NCBI RefSeq assembly: GCF_009834535.1
Contig: NC_045697.1
Span: 120,902,001-120,966,000, forward strand
Origin: Camelus ferus
Lineage: Eukaryota
Reading direction: 5' to 3'
DNA length: 64,000 nucleotides
A program made the position numbers and the translations under genes. Each line of letters opens with the position of its first letter. Positions within the stretch are counted from its first letter, which is position 1. Below the pieces are notes generated by a model. The model searched no databases and was not told the DNA's origin. It saw only the letters and a list, made by a program, of their open reading frames with translations. Below are positions 1 through 11,600 of the stretch, piece after piece.

Positions 1-1905
1 CTCACATGTCCAGAACGCGGCGTAGTTTGTGCAGGAGGTTTGGGTCCTCCATCCACGAAGCTACCTGGTGTCACAGGTGTTCCATGGCAGAGGGAAGTCC
101 GCTAAATACATCCAATGTCAAGGGGGAGACACTAGATTCTACCTGCGTTTCCTGTCCAACCCCCGCCTTTCCCTGGCAGCCCGCACAAGGAGACACTCGG
201 GAAAGACACGCGGAGGGCTCCTAGGAAATCCCAGGCGCTGCAGACAGAGGTCGGAACATCCCCACAATCAGAATTCTGGAATCCGGCCGTTGGGTCGGGG
301 AGATTTGGGGCCGCCCTCCACGAACCTGCCTACTGTCACAGGTGTTCTCTGTCAGGGGTAAGTCCGCTATTTACCTCCCCTCTCAAGGTGGATGCACTAG
401 ATGCTACCTGCATTTCCAGCATAACCCCAGCCTTTCCCCGGCAGCCCGCACAAGGATACACTCGGGGAAGGCACGCGGAAGGCTCCTAGTAGATCCCAGG
501 CGCTGAAGACAGAATTCGGAACATCCCCACAGTCAGAATTCAGGAATGCGGCCGTTGGGTCGGGGAAGTCTGGGGCAGCCATCAATGCAGCTGTCTGGTG
601 TCACATGTTTTAACTGGCATGAGGAATTCCACTAATACCTCTCCTGTCTAGGGTGAGGCACTAGATGCTACCTGCATTTCCATCCCATTCCCCACATTTC
701 CCCTGCAGAGCGCACTAGGAGAAACTCGGGGAATAGACACGGAGGGCTCCTAGGTGTTCCAAGGCTCTGCAGACAGAGGACGGAACCTCCCCACACTCAG
801 AATTACAGAACACGACTTGTGGGTGGGGGGAGTTTTGGGGCCGCCCTCCACGAACCTGCCTAGTGTCACAGGTGTTCCCTGGCAGGGGGAAGTCCGCTAA
901 TTACCTCCACTGTCCTGGGGGAGGCACTAGATTCTACCTGCCTTTCCAGCCCAATCCCCGCCTTTCCCCGGCAGCCCGCACAAGGAGACACTCGGGGGAG
1001 ACACGCAGAGGGTTCCCAGGATGTCCCAAGCGCTGCAGACCGAGGACGGAACCTCCCAACACTCAGAATTCCGGAACGCGGCCGAGTTTGTGGGAAAGGT
1101 TTGGGCCAGCCCTCCACGCAGCTGCCTGGGGTCACAGGTGTTCCCTGGTAGGGGGAATTCCGCTAATTACCTCCCCTGTCCAGGGGGAGGAACTACATGC
1201 TACCTGCTTTTCCAGCACAAACCCCGCCTTTCCCCGGTATCCCGCATTAGGAGACACTCGGGTAAGACATGCGGAGTTTTCCTAGGAGATCCCACGCGCT
1301 GCAGAGGGAAGACTGAACCTCCCCACACTCAGATGTCCGGAATGCGGCGGAGTTTGTGCGGGAGGTTTGGGTCCTCCATCCACGAAGCTACCTGGTGTCA
1401 CAGGTGTTCCCTGGCAGAGGGAAGTCCGCTATTTACATCCACGGTCCAGGGGGAGACACTAGATTCTACCTGGGTTTCCAGTCCAACCCCCTCCTTTAAC
1501 AGGTATCCCGCACAAAGAGACACTCGGGAAGACACGCGGAGGGCTCCTATGAGATCCCAGGCGCTGCAGAAAGAAGACCGAACCTACCCACACTCAGAAT
1601 TCCGGAACGCGGCCGAGTTGGTGGGGGAGGTTTGATGCCGACCTCCGCGCAACTGTCTGGTGTCACAGGTGTTCCCTGGCAGCGGGAAGTCCTCTAACTA
1701 CCTCCCCTGTCCAGGAGGAGGCACTAGATGCTACCTGCATTTCCAGCCCACCCCCCTCATTTCCCCGGCATCCTGCACTAGGAGACACTAGCGGAAGACA
1801 CGCGGATTGCTGTTTGGAGGTCCCAGGTGCTCCAGACAGAGGACAGATAATCCCCACACTCAGAAATCCGGAAAAGTCCGAGTGGGTGGGGGAGGTTTGG
1901 GGCCG
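1..1905 (+). repeat. ~7-monomer block nearly identical to 9816-11720 and 14061-15965 (dispersed copy of part of the 16-mer HOR)
   Basis: ORF 29..361 recurs at 9844..10176 and 14089..14421, ORF 863 at 10678 and 14923, and ORF 1021 at 10836 and 15081. The offsets are 9815 bp (37 monomers) and 14060 bp (53 monomers). Confidence 0.9.
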
Positions 1906-4900
1906 CACTCCACGAACCTGCCTAGTGTCACAGGTGTTCCCTGGCAGGGTAAAGTCCGCTAAATACCTCCCCTGTCTAGGGGGAGGCAGTACATTCTAAC
2001 TGTACTTCCAGCCCAATCCCCACATTTCCCTGGCAGCCCGAACAAGGAGACACTCGGGGAAGACACGCGGATTGCTCCTAGGCAATCCCAGGTGCTGCAG
2101 ACAGAGGTCGGAATATCCCCACAATCAGAATTCTGGAACCCGTCCGTTGGGTCGGGGAGATTTGGGGCCGCCCCACGAACTTGCCTACATTCACCGGTGT
2201 TCTCTGGCAGGGGTAAGTCCGCTAATTACCTCCCCTGTCAAGGTGGAGGCACTAGATGCTACCTGCTTTTCCAGCCCAATCCCAAACTTTCCCCGGCTGC
2301 CCACAGTAGAGGAAATCGGGTAAGACATGCGGAGTGTTCCTAGGAGATCCCAGGTGCTGCAGACAGAGGACGGAACCTCCCCACACTCAGAATTACGGAT
2401 CAAGGCCGAGTGGGTGGGGGAGGATTGGGAACGCCCTCCACGCAGCTGCCTACTTTCACAGGTGTTCTCTGGCAGGGGTAAGTCCGCTAATTACCTCCCC
2501 TGTCCAGGGGAATGCCCTAGATGCTACTTGCATTTCCAGCCCAACCCCCGCCTTTCCCCGGCAGCCCGCACAAGGAGACACTCGGGAAGACACGCGGAGG
2601 GCTCCTATGAGATCCCAGGCACTGCAGAATGAAGACCGAACCTACCCACACTCAGAATTCCAGAACGTGGCCGAGTTGATGGGGGAGGTTATGTGCCGCC
2701 CTCCGCGCAACTGTCTGGTGTCACATGTGTTCCCTGGCTGGGGGAAGTCCTCTAACTACCTCCCCTGTCCAGGGGGAGTCACTAGATGCTACCTGCATTT
2801 CCAGCCCAACCCCAGCCTTTCCCCGGCATCCCGCACTAGGAGACACTAGGGGAAGACACGCGGATTGCTCTTTGGATATCCCAGGTGCTGCAGACAGAGG
2901 ACAGATAATCCCCACACTCAGAAATCCGGAACAACTCCGAGTGGGTTGGGGAGGTTTGGGGCCGCTCTCCACGCAGCTGCCTGGTGTCACAGGTGTTCCC
3001 TTACAGTGGGAAATGCGCTAATTTCCTCCCCTGTCCAGGGGAAGTCACTAGATTCTACCTGCATTTCCAGCCCAACACCCGCATTTTCCCGGCACCCCGC
3101 AAAAGGATACACCTGGGAAGACACGCGGAGGGCTCCTAGGAGATCCCAGGCGCTGAAGACAGATGTCAGAACTTCCCCAAGGTCAGAATTCTGGAATGCG
3201 GCCGTTGGGTCGGGGAGGTCTGGGGCAGCCATCAATGCAGCTGCCTGGTGTCACATAATTTCCCTGGCATGAGAAATTCCGCTATTACCTCTCCTGTCTA
3301 GGGTGAGGCACTAGATGCTGCCTGCATTTCCAGCCCAATCCCCGCATTTCCACTGCAGAGCGCACTAGGAGAAACGAGGGGAATAGACGAGGACGGCTCC
3401 TAGGAGATCCCAGTCTCTGCAGACAGAGGACGGAACCTCCCTACACACAGAATTATGGAACACGATTTCTGGGTGGGTGGGAGGAGTTTTGGGGCCGCCC
3501 TCCACGAACCTGCCTAGTGTCACATGTGTTCCCTGGCAGGGGGAAGTCCGCTAATTTCCTCCCCTGTCCAGGGGAAGTCACTAGATGCTACCTGCATTTC
3601 CAGCCCAACCCCTGCATTTTCCCAGCACCCCGCAAAATTATAACCTGGGGAAGACACGCGGAGAGCTCCTAGGATATCCCAAGCGCTGCAGACAGAGGAC
3701 GGATCCTCCCAACACTCAGAATTCCGGAACGCAGCCGATTGGGTGGGAAATGTTTGGTCCCGGCGTCCACGCTGCTGCCTGGTCTCACAGGTGTTCCCTG
3801 GCAGGGGGAATTCCGCTAATTACCTCCCCTGTCCAGGCGGAGGCACTACATGCTAGCTGCTTTTCCAGCACAAAACCCGCCTTTCCCCGGCAGCTGGCAC
3901 AAGGAGACACTCGGGGAAGACACGCGGACGGCTCCTAGGAGATCCCAGGCGCTGCAGACAGAGGACTGAACCTCCCCACACTCCGAATTCTGGAACACGC
4001 CCAAGTGGTGTGGGAGGTTTGGGGCCACCCTCCACGAACCTGCCTAGTGTCACAGGTGTTCCCTGGCAGGGGGAAGTCCTCTAAAAACCTCCCCTGTCTA
4101 GGGGGAGGCACTACATGCTACCTGTATTTGCAGCCCAATCCCCACATTTCCCTGGCAGCCCGCAAAAGGAGACACTAGGGGAAGACACGTGGACGGCTCC
4201 TAGGAAATCCCAGGCTCTGCAGACAGAGGTACGAACATCCCCACAATCAGAATTCTGGAACACGGCCGTTGCGTCGGGGAGATTTGGGGCCGCCCTCCAC
4301 GAACCTTCCTACTGTCACAGGTGTTCTCCTGCAGGGGTAAGTCATCTAATTACCTCCCCTGTCCAGGGGGATGCCCTAGATGCTACTTGCATTTCCAGCC
4401 CAACCCCCGCGTTTCCCCGGCAGCTCGCACAAGGAGATACTCGGGGAAGACACGCGGAGAGCTCCTAGGGGATCCCAGGCGCTGAAGACAGAGGTCGGAA
4501 CATCCCCAAAGTCAGAAATCTGGAATGCGGCCGTTGGGTCGGGGAGGTCTGGGGCAGCCATCAATGCAGCTGCCTGGTGTCACATGATTTCCCTGGCATG
4601 AGGAATTCCGCTAATACCTCTCCTGTATAGGTTGAGGCACGAGATGCTAACTGCATTTCCAGCCCAATCCCCGAATTTCCCCTGCAGAGCGCACTAGGAA
4701 AAACTCAGGGAATAGACGCGGAGGGCTCCTAGGAGATCCCTGTCTCTGCAGACAGAGGACAGAACCTCCCCACACTCAGAATTATGGAACACGACTTGTG
4801 GGTGGGGGGAGTTTTGGGGCCGCCCTCCACGAAACTGCCTAGTGTCACAGGTGTTCCCTGGCAGGGGGAAGTCCGCTAATTACCTCCACTGTCCAGGGGG

Positions 4901-7900
4901 AGGCACTACATTCTACGTGAGTTTCCAGCCCATCCCCCGCCTTTCCCCGGCAGCCCGCAAAATGAGACACTCGGGGGAGACACGAAGAGGGTTCCCAGGA
5001 TGTCCCAATCGCTAAAGACAGAGGACGGAACCTCCCCACACTCAGAATTCCGGAACGCGGCCGAGTTTGTGGGAAAGGTTTGGGCCCGCCCTCCACGCAG
5101 CTGCCTGGTGTCACAGGTGTTCCCAGGCAGGGGGAATTCCTCTAATTACATCCCCTGTCCAGGGGGAGGAACTACATGCTACCTGCATTTCCAGCATAAA
5201 CCCCGCCTTTCCCCGGCATCCCGCATTATGAGACACTCGGGTAAGACATGCGGAGTGTTCCTAGGAGATACCACGCACTGCAGAGAGAAGACCGAACCTC
5301 CCCACACTCAGATGTCCGGAACGCGGCGTATTTTGTGCGGGAGGTATGGGTCCTCCATCCACGAAGCTACCTGGTGTCACAGATGTTCCCTTGCAGAGGG
5401 AAGTCCGCTAATTACATCCACTGACCAGGGGGAGACACTAGATTCTAACTGCATTTCCAGTATAACCCCCGCCTTTCCCCGGTAGCCCGCACAAGGAGAC
5501 ACTCGGGAAGACACGCGGAGGGCTCCTATGAAATCCCAGGCGCTGCAGAAAGAAGACCGAACCTACCCACACTCAGAATTCCGGAACGCGGCCGAGTTGG
5601 TGTGGGAGGTTTGGTGCCGCCCTCCGCGCAACTGTCTGGTGTCACAGGTGTTCCCTGGCTGGGGGAAGTCCTCTAACTACCTCCCCTGTCCAGGGGGAGG
5701 CTCTAGATGCTACCTGCATTTCCAGCCCAACCCCCTCATTTCCCCGGCATCCCACAATAGGAGACACTAGGGGAAGACACGCGGATTGCTCTTAGGAGAT
5801 CCCAGGTGCTGCAGACAGAGGACAGATAATCCCCACACTCAGAAATCCGGAACAAGTCCGAGTGGGTGGGGGAGGTTTGGGTCCGCTCTCCACGCAGCTG
5901 CCTGGTGTCACAGATGTTCCCTGGCAGTGGGAAGTCCGCTAATTTCCTCCCCTGTCCAGGGGAAGTCACTAGATGCTACCTGCATTTCCAGCCCAACCCC
6001 TGCATTTTCCCGGCACCCCGCAAAAAGATACACTGGGGAAGACACGCGGAGGGCTCCTAGGAAATCCCAGGGGCTGCAGACAGAGGACGGAACCTCCCAA
6101 AACTCAGAATTCTGGAACGCAGCCGATTGGGTGGGAAATATTTGGGCCCGGCGTCCACGCAGCTGCCTGGTGTCACAGGTGTTCCCTGGCAGGGGGAATT
6201 CCGCTAATTACCTCCCCTGTCCAGGCGGAGGCACTACATGCTACCTGCTTTTCCAGCACAAAACCCGCATTTCTCCGGCAGTCCGTAAAAGGAGACACTC
6301 GGGGAAGACACGCGGAGTGCTCCTAGGAGATTCCAGGCACTGCAGAGAGAAGACCGAACCTCTCCACACTGAGAAGTCCGGAACTTGGCCGAGTTTGTGG
6401 GGGATGTTTGGGGCCGCCCTCCATGAAGCTACCTGGTGTCAGAGGTGTTCCCTTTCAGGGGGAACTTCGCTAATTGCCTTCCCTGTCCAGGGGGTGGCCC
6501 TAGATGCTATCTGCTTTCCCAGCCCAAAACCCGCCTTTCCCCGGCAGCTCGCACAAGGAGACACTCGGGGAAGACACGCGGAGGGCTCCTAGAATATCCC
6601 AGGCGCTGCAGACAGAGGACTGAACCTCCCCACACTCCGAATTCTGGAACACGCCTCAGTGGTGGGGAAGTTTTGGGGCCGCCCTCCACGAACCTGCCTA
6701 GTGTCACAGGTGTTCCCTGGCAGGGGGAAGTCCGCTAAAAACCTCCCCTGTCTAGGGTGAGGAAGTACATGCTTCCTGTATTTCCAGCCCAATCCCCACA
6801 TTTTCCTGGCAGCCCGCACAAGGAGACACTCGGGGAAGACACGCGGAGGGCTCCTAGGATATCCCACGCACTGCAGAGAGAAGACCGAACCTCCCCAACC
6901 TCAGATGTCCGGAACACGGCATAGTTTGTGCTGGAGGTTTGGGTCCCCCATCCACGAACCTACCTGGTGTCAAAGGTGTTCCATTGCAGAGGGAAGTCCG
7001 CTAAATACATCCACTGTCCAGGGGGAGACACTAGATTCTACCTGCGTTTCCAGTCCAACCCCCGCCTTTCCCTGGCAGCCCACACAAGGAGACACTCGGG
7101 GAAGACACGCGGAGGGCTCCTAGGGAATCCCAGGCGCTGCAGACTGAGGTCGGAACATCCCCACAATCAGAATTCTGGAACCCGGCCGTTGGGTCGGGGA
7201 GATTTGTGGCCACCCTCCAAGAACCTGCCTACTGTCACAGGTGTTCTCTGGCAGGGGTAAGTCCGCTAATTACCTCCCCTGTCCAGGGGAATGCCCTAGA
7301 TGCTACTTGCATTTCCAGCCTAACCCCCGCCTTTCCCCGGCAGCCCGCACAAGGAGACACTCGGGGAAGACACGCGGAAGGCTCCTAGGAGATCCCAGGC
7401 GCTGAAGACAGAGGTCGGAACATCCCCACATTCAGAATTCTGGAATGCGGCCGTTGGGTCGGGGAGGTCTGGGGCAGCCATCAATGCAGCTGCCTGGTGT
7501 CACATGTTTTCCCTGGCATGAGGAATTCCGCTAATACCTCTCCTGTCTAGGGTGAGGCACTAGATGCTACCTGCATTTCCAGCACAATCCCCGAATTTCC
7601 CCTGCAGAGCGCACTAGGAGAAACTTGGGGAATAGACGTGGATGGCTCCTAGGAGATCCCCGTCTCTGCAAACAGAGGACGGAACCTCCCCACACTCAGA
7701 ATTACGGAACACGACTTGTGGGTGGGGGGAGTTTTGGGGCCGCCCTCCACGAACCTGCCTAGTGTGACAGGTGTTCCCTGGCAGGGGGAAGTCCGCTAAT
7801 TTCCTCCCCTGTCCAGGGGGAGACAGTAGATTCTACCTGCGTTTCCAGCCCAATCCCCGCATTTCCCCGGAAGCCAGCAAAAGGGGACACTCGGGGGAGA

Positions 7901-8675
7901 CACGCGGAGGGTTCCCAGGATGTCCCAAGCGCTGCAGACAGAGGACGGAACCTCCCCACACTCAGAATTCCGGAACGCGGCCGAGTTTGTGGGAAAGGTT
8001 TTGGCCAGCCCTCCACGCAGGTGCCTGGGGTCACAGGTGTTCCCTGGCAGGGGGAATTCCGCTAATTACCTCCCCTGTCCAGAGGGAGGAACTACATGCT
8101 ACCTGATTTTCCAGCACAAACCCCGCCTTTCCCCGGCATCCCGTATTAGGAGACACTCGGTTAAGTCTTGCGGAGTGTTCCTAGGAGATCCCACACGCTG
8201 CAGAGAGAAGACGGAACCTCCCCACACTCAGATGTCCGGAACGCGGCGGAGTTTGTGCGGGAGGGTTGGGTCCTCCATCCACGAAGCTACCTGGTGTCAC
8301 AAGTGTTCCCTGGCAGAGGGAAGTCCGCTAATTTCATCCACTGTCCAGGGGGAGACACTAGATTCTACCTGCGTTTCCAGTCCAACCCCCGCCTTTCCCC
8401 GGTAGCACGCACAAGGAGACACTCGGGAAGACACGCGGAGGGCTCCTATGAGATCCCAGGCGCTGCAGAATGAAGACCGAACCTACCCACACTCAGAATT
8501 CCGGAACCCGGCCGAGTTGGTGGGGGAGGTTTTGTGCCGCCCTCCTCGCAACTGTCTGGTGTCACATGTGTTCCCTGGCTGGGGGAAGTCCTCTAACAAC
8601 CTCCCCTGTTCAGGGGGAGGCACTAGATGCTACCTGCATTTCCAGCCGAACCCCCGCCTTTCCCCGGCATCCCGC

Positions 8676-11600
8676 ACTAGGAGACACTAGGGGAAGACAC
8701 GCGGATTGCTCTTAGGAGATCCCAGGTGCTGCAGACAGAGGACAGATAATCCCCACACTCAGAAATCCGGAACATGTCCGAGTGGTTGGGGGAGGTTTTG
8801 GGCTGCTCTCCACGCAGCTGCCTGGTGTCACATGTGTTCCCTGGCAGTTGGAATTCCGCTAATTTCCTCCCCTGTCCAGGGGAAGTCACTAGATGCTACC
8901 TGCATTTCCAGCCCAACCCCTGCATTTTCCCGGCACCCCATAAAAGGATACACTGGGGAAGACACGCGGAGTGCTCCTAGGAGATCCCAGGCGCTGCAGA
9001 CCGAGGACGGAACCTCCCAACACTCAGAATTCCGGAACGCAGCCGATTGGGTGGGAAATGTTTGGGCCCGGCGTCCACGCAGCTGCCTGGTCTCACAGTT
9101 GTTCCCTGGCAGGGGGAATTTCGCTAATTACCTCCCCTGACCAGGCGGAGGCACTACATGCTACCTGTTTTCCAGCACAAAACCAGCCTTTCTCCGGCAG
9201 TCCGTAAAAGGAGACACTCAGGGAAGACACGCGGAGTGCTCCTAGGAGATCCCAGGCACTGCAGAGAGAAGACCGAACCTTTCCACACTGAGAAGTCCGG
9301 AACTTGGCCGAGTATGTGGGGGAGGTTTGGGGCCGCCCTCCATGAAGCTACCTGGTGTCACAGGTGTTCCCTTTCAGGGGAACTCCGCTAATTTCCTTCC
9401 CTGTCCAGGGGGAGGCCCTAGATTCTACCTGCTTTTCCAGCGCAAAACCCGCCATTCCCGGGCAGCTCGCACAAGGAGACACTCGGGGAACACACTCGGA
9501 GGGCTCCTAGGAGATCCCAGGCGCTGCAGACAGAGGACTGTACCTCCCCACACTCAGAATTCTGGAACACGCCCAAGTGGTGGGGGAGGTTTGGGGACCC
9601 CCCACGAACCTGCCTAGTGTCACAGGTGTTCCTTGGCAGGGGGAAGTCCGCTAAAAACCTCCCCTCTCTAGGGGGAGGCACTACATGCTACCTGTATTTC
9701 CAGCCCATTCCCCACATTTCCCTGGCAGCCCGCACAAGGAGACACTCGGGGAAGACACGCGGAGGGCTCCTAGGAGATCCAACGCACTGCAGAGGAAAGA
9801 CCGAACCTCCCCACACTCACATGTCCAGAACGCGGCGTAGTTTGTGCAGGAGGTTTGGGTCCTCCATCCACGAAGCTACCTGGTGTCACAGGTGTTCCAT
9901 GGCAGAGGGAAGTCCGCTAAATACATCCACTGTCAAGGGGGAGACACTAGATTCTACCTGCGTTTCCTGTCCAACCCCCGCCTTTCCCTGGCAGCCCACA
10001 CAAGGAGACACTCGGGAAAGACACGCGGAGGGCTCCTAGGAAATCCCAGGCGCTGCAGACAGAGGTCGGAACATCCCCACAATCAGAATTCTGGAATCCG
10101 GCCGTTGGGTCGGGGAGATTTGGGGCCGCCCTCCACGAACCTGCCTACTGTCACAGGTGTTCTCTGTCAGGGGTAAGTCCGCTATTTACCTCCCCTCTCA
10201 AGGTGGATGCACTAGATGCTACCTGCATTTCCAGCATAACCCCAGCCTTTCCCCGGCAGCCCGCACAAGGATACACTCGGGGAAGGCACGCGGAAGGCTC
10301 CTAGGAGATCCCAGGCGCTGAAGACAGAGTTCGGAACATCCCCACAGTCAGAATTCTGGAATGCGGCCGTTGGGTCGGGGAAGTCTGGGGCAGCCATCAA
10401 TGCAGCTGTCTGGTGTCACATGTTTTAACTGGCATGAGGAATTCCACTAATACCTCTCCTGTCTAGGGTGAGGCACTAGATGCTACCTGCATTTCCATCC
10501 CATTCCCCACATTTCCCCTGCAGAGCGCACTAGGAGAAACTCGGGGAATAGACACGGAGGGCTCCTAGGTGTTCCCAGGCTCTGCAGACAGAGGACGGAA
10601 CCTCCCCACACTCAGAATTACAGAACACGACTTGTGGGTGGGGGGAGTTTTGGGGCCACCCTCCACGAACCTGCCTAGTGTCACAGGTGTTCCCTGGCAG
10701 GGGGAAGTCCGCTAATTACCTCCACTGTCCTGGGGGAGGCACTAGATTCTACCTGCCTTTCCAGCCCAATCCCCGCCTTTCCCCAGCAGCCCGCACAAGG
10801 AGACACTCGGGGGAGACACGCAGAGGGTTCCCAGGATGTCCCAAGCGCTGCAGACCGAGGACGGAACCTCCCAACACTCAGAATTCCGGAACGCGGCCGA
10901 GTTTGTGGGAAAGGTTTGGGCCAGCCCTCCACGCAGCTGCCTGGGGTCACAGGTGTTCCCTGGCAGGGGGAATTCCGCTAATTACCTCCCCTGTCCAGGG
11001 GGAGGAACTACATGCTACCTGCTTTTCCAGCACAAACCCCGCCTTTCCCCGGCATCCCGCATTAGGAGACACTCGGGTAAGACATGCGGAGTTTTCCTAG
11101 GAGATCCCACGCGCTGCAGAGGGAAGACCGAACCTCCCCACACTCAGATGTCCGGAATGCGGCGGAGTTTGTGCGGGAGGTTTGGGTCCTCCATCCACGA
11201 AGCTACCTGGTGTCACAGGTGTTCCCTGGCAGAGGGAAGTCCGCTATTTACATCCACGGTCCAGGGGGAGACACTAGATTCTACCTGGGTTTCCAGTCCA
11301 ACCCCCTCCTTTAACAGGTATCCCGCACAAGGAGACACTCGGGAAGACACGCGGAGGGCTCCTATGAGATCCCAGGCGCTGCAGAAAGAAGACCGAACCT
11401 ACCCACACTCAGAATTCCGGAACGCGGCCGAGTTGGTGGGGGAGGTTTGATGCCGACCTCCGCGCAACTGTCTGGTGTCACATGTGTTCCCTGGCTGGGG
11501 GAAGTCCTCTAACTACCTCCCCTGTCCAGGAGGAGGCACTAGATGCTACCTGCATTTCCAGCCCACCCCCTCATTTCCCCGGCATCCTGCACTAGGAGAC

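Noticed and set aside
500..530. ctgaaga resembling the hammerhead ribozyme core CUGANGA (satellite-encoded hammerheads are known in newts and schistosomes)
   Set aside because: It occurs in only one monomer class and is not followed by a stem II and GAAA. No convincing core was seen on the minus strand. An Rfam cmscan would be decisive.
3905..3925. CENP-B-box-like motif ctcggggaagacacg in each monomer
   Set aside because: It matches only about 6 of the 9 essential bases of TTCGnnnnAnnCGGG (CTCG, A, CACG). I found no full match on either strand by eye, though a regex scan should confirm this.
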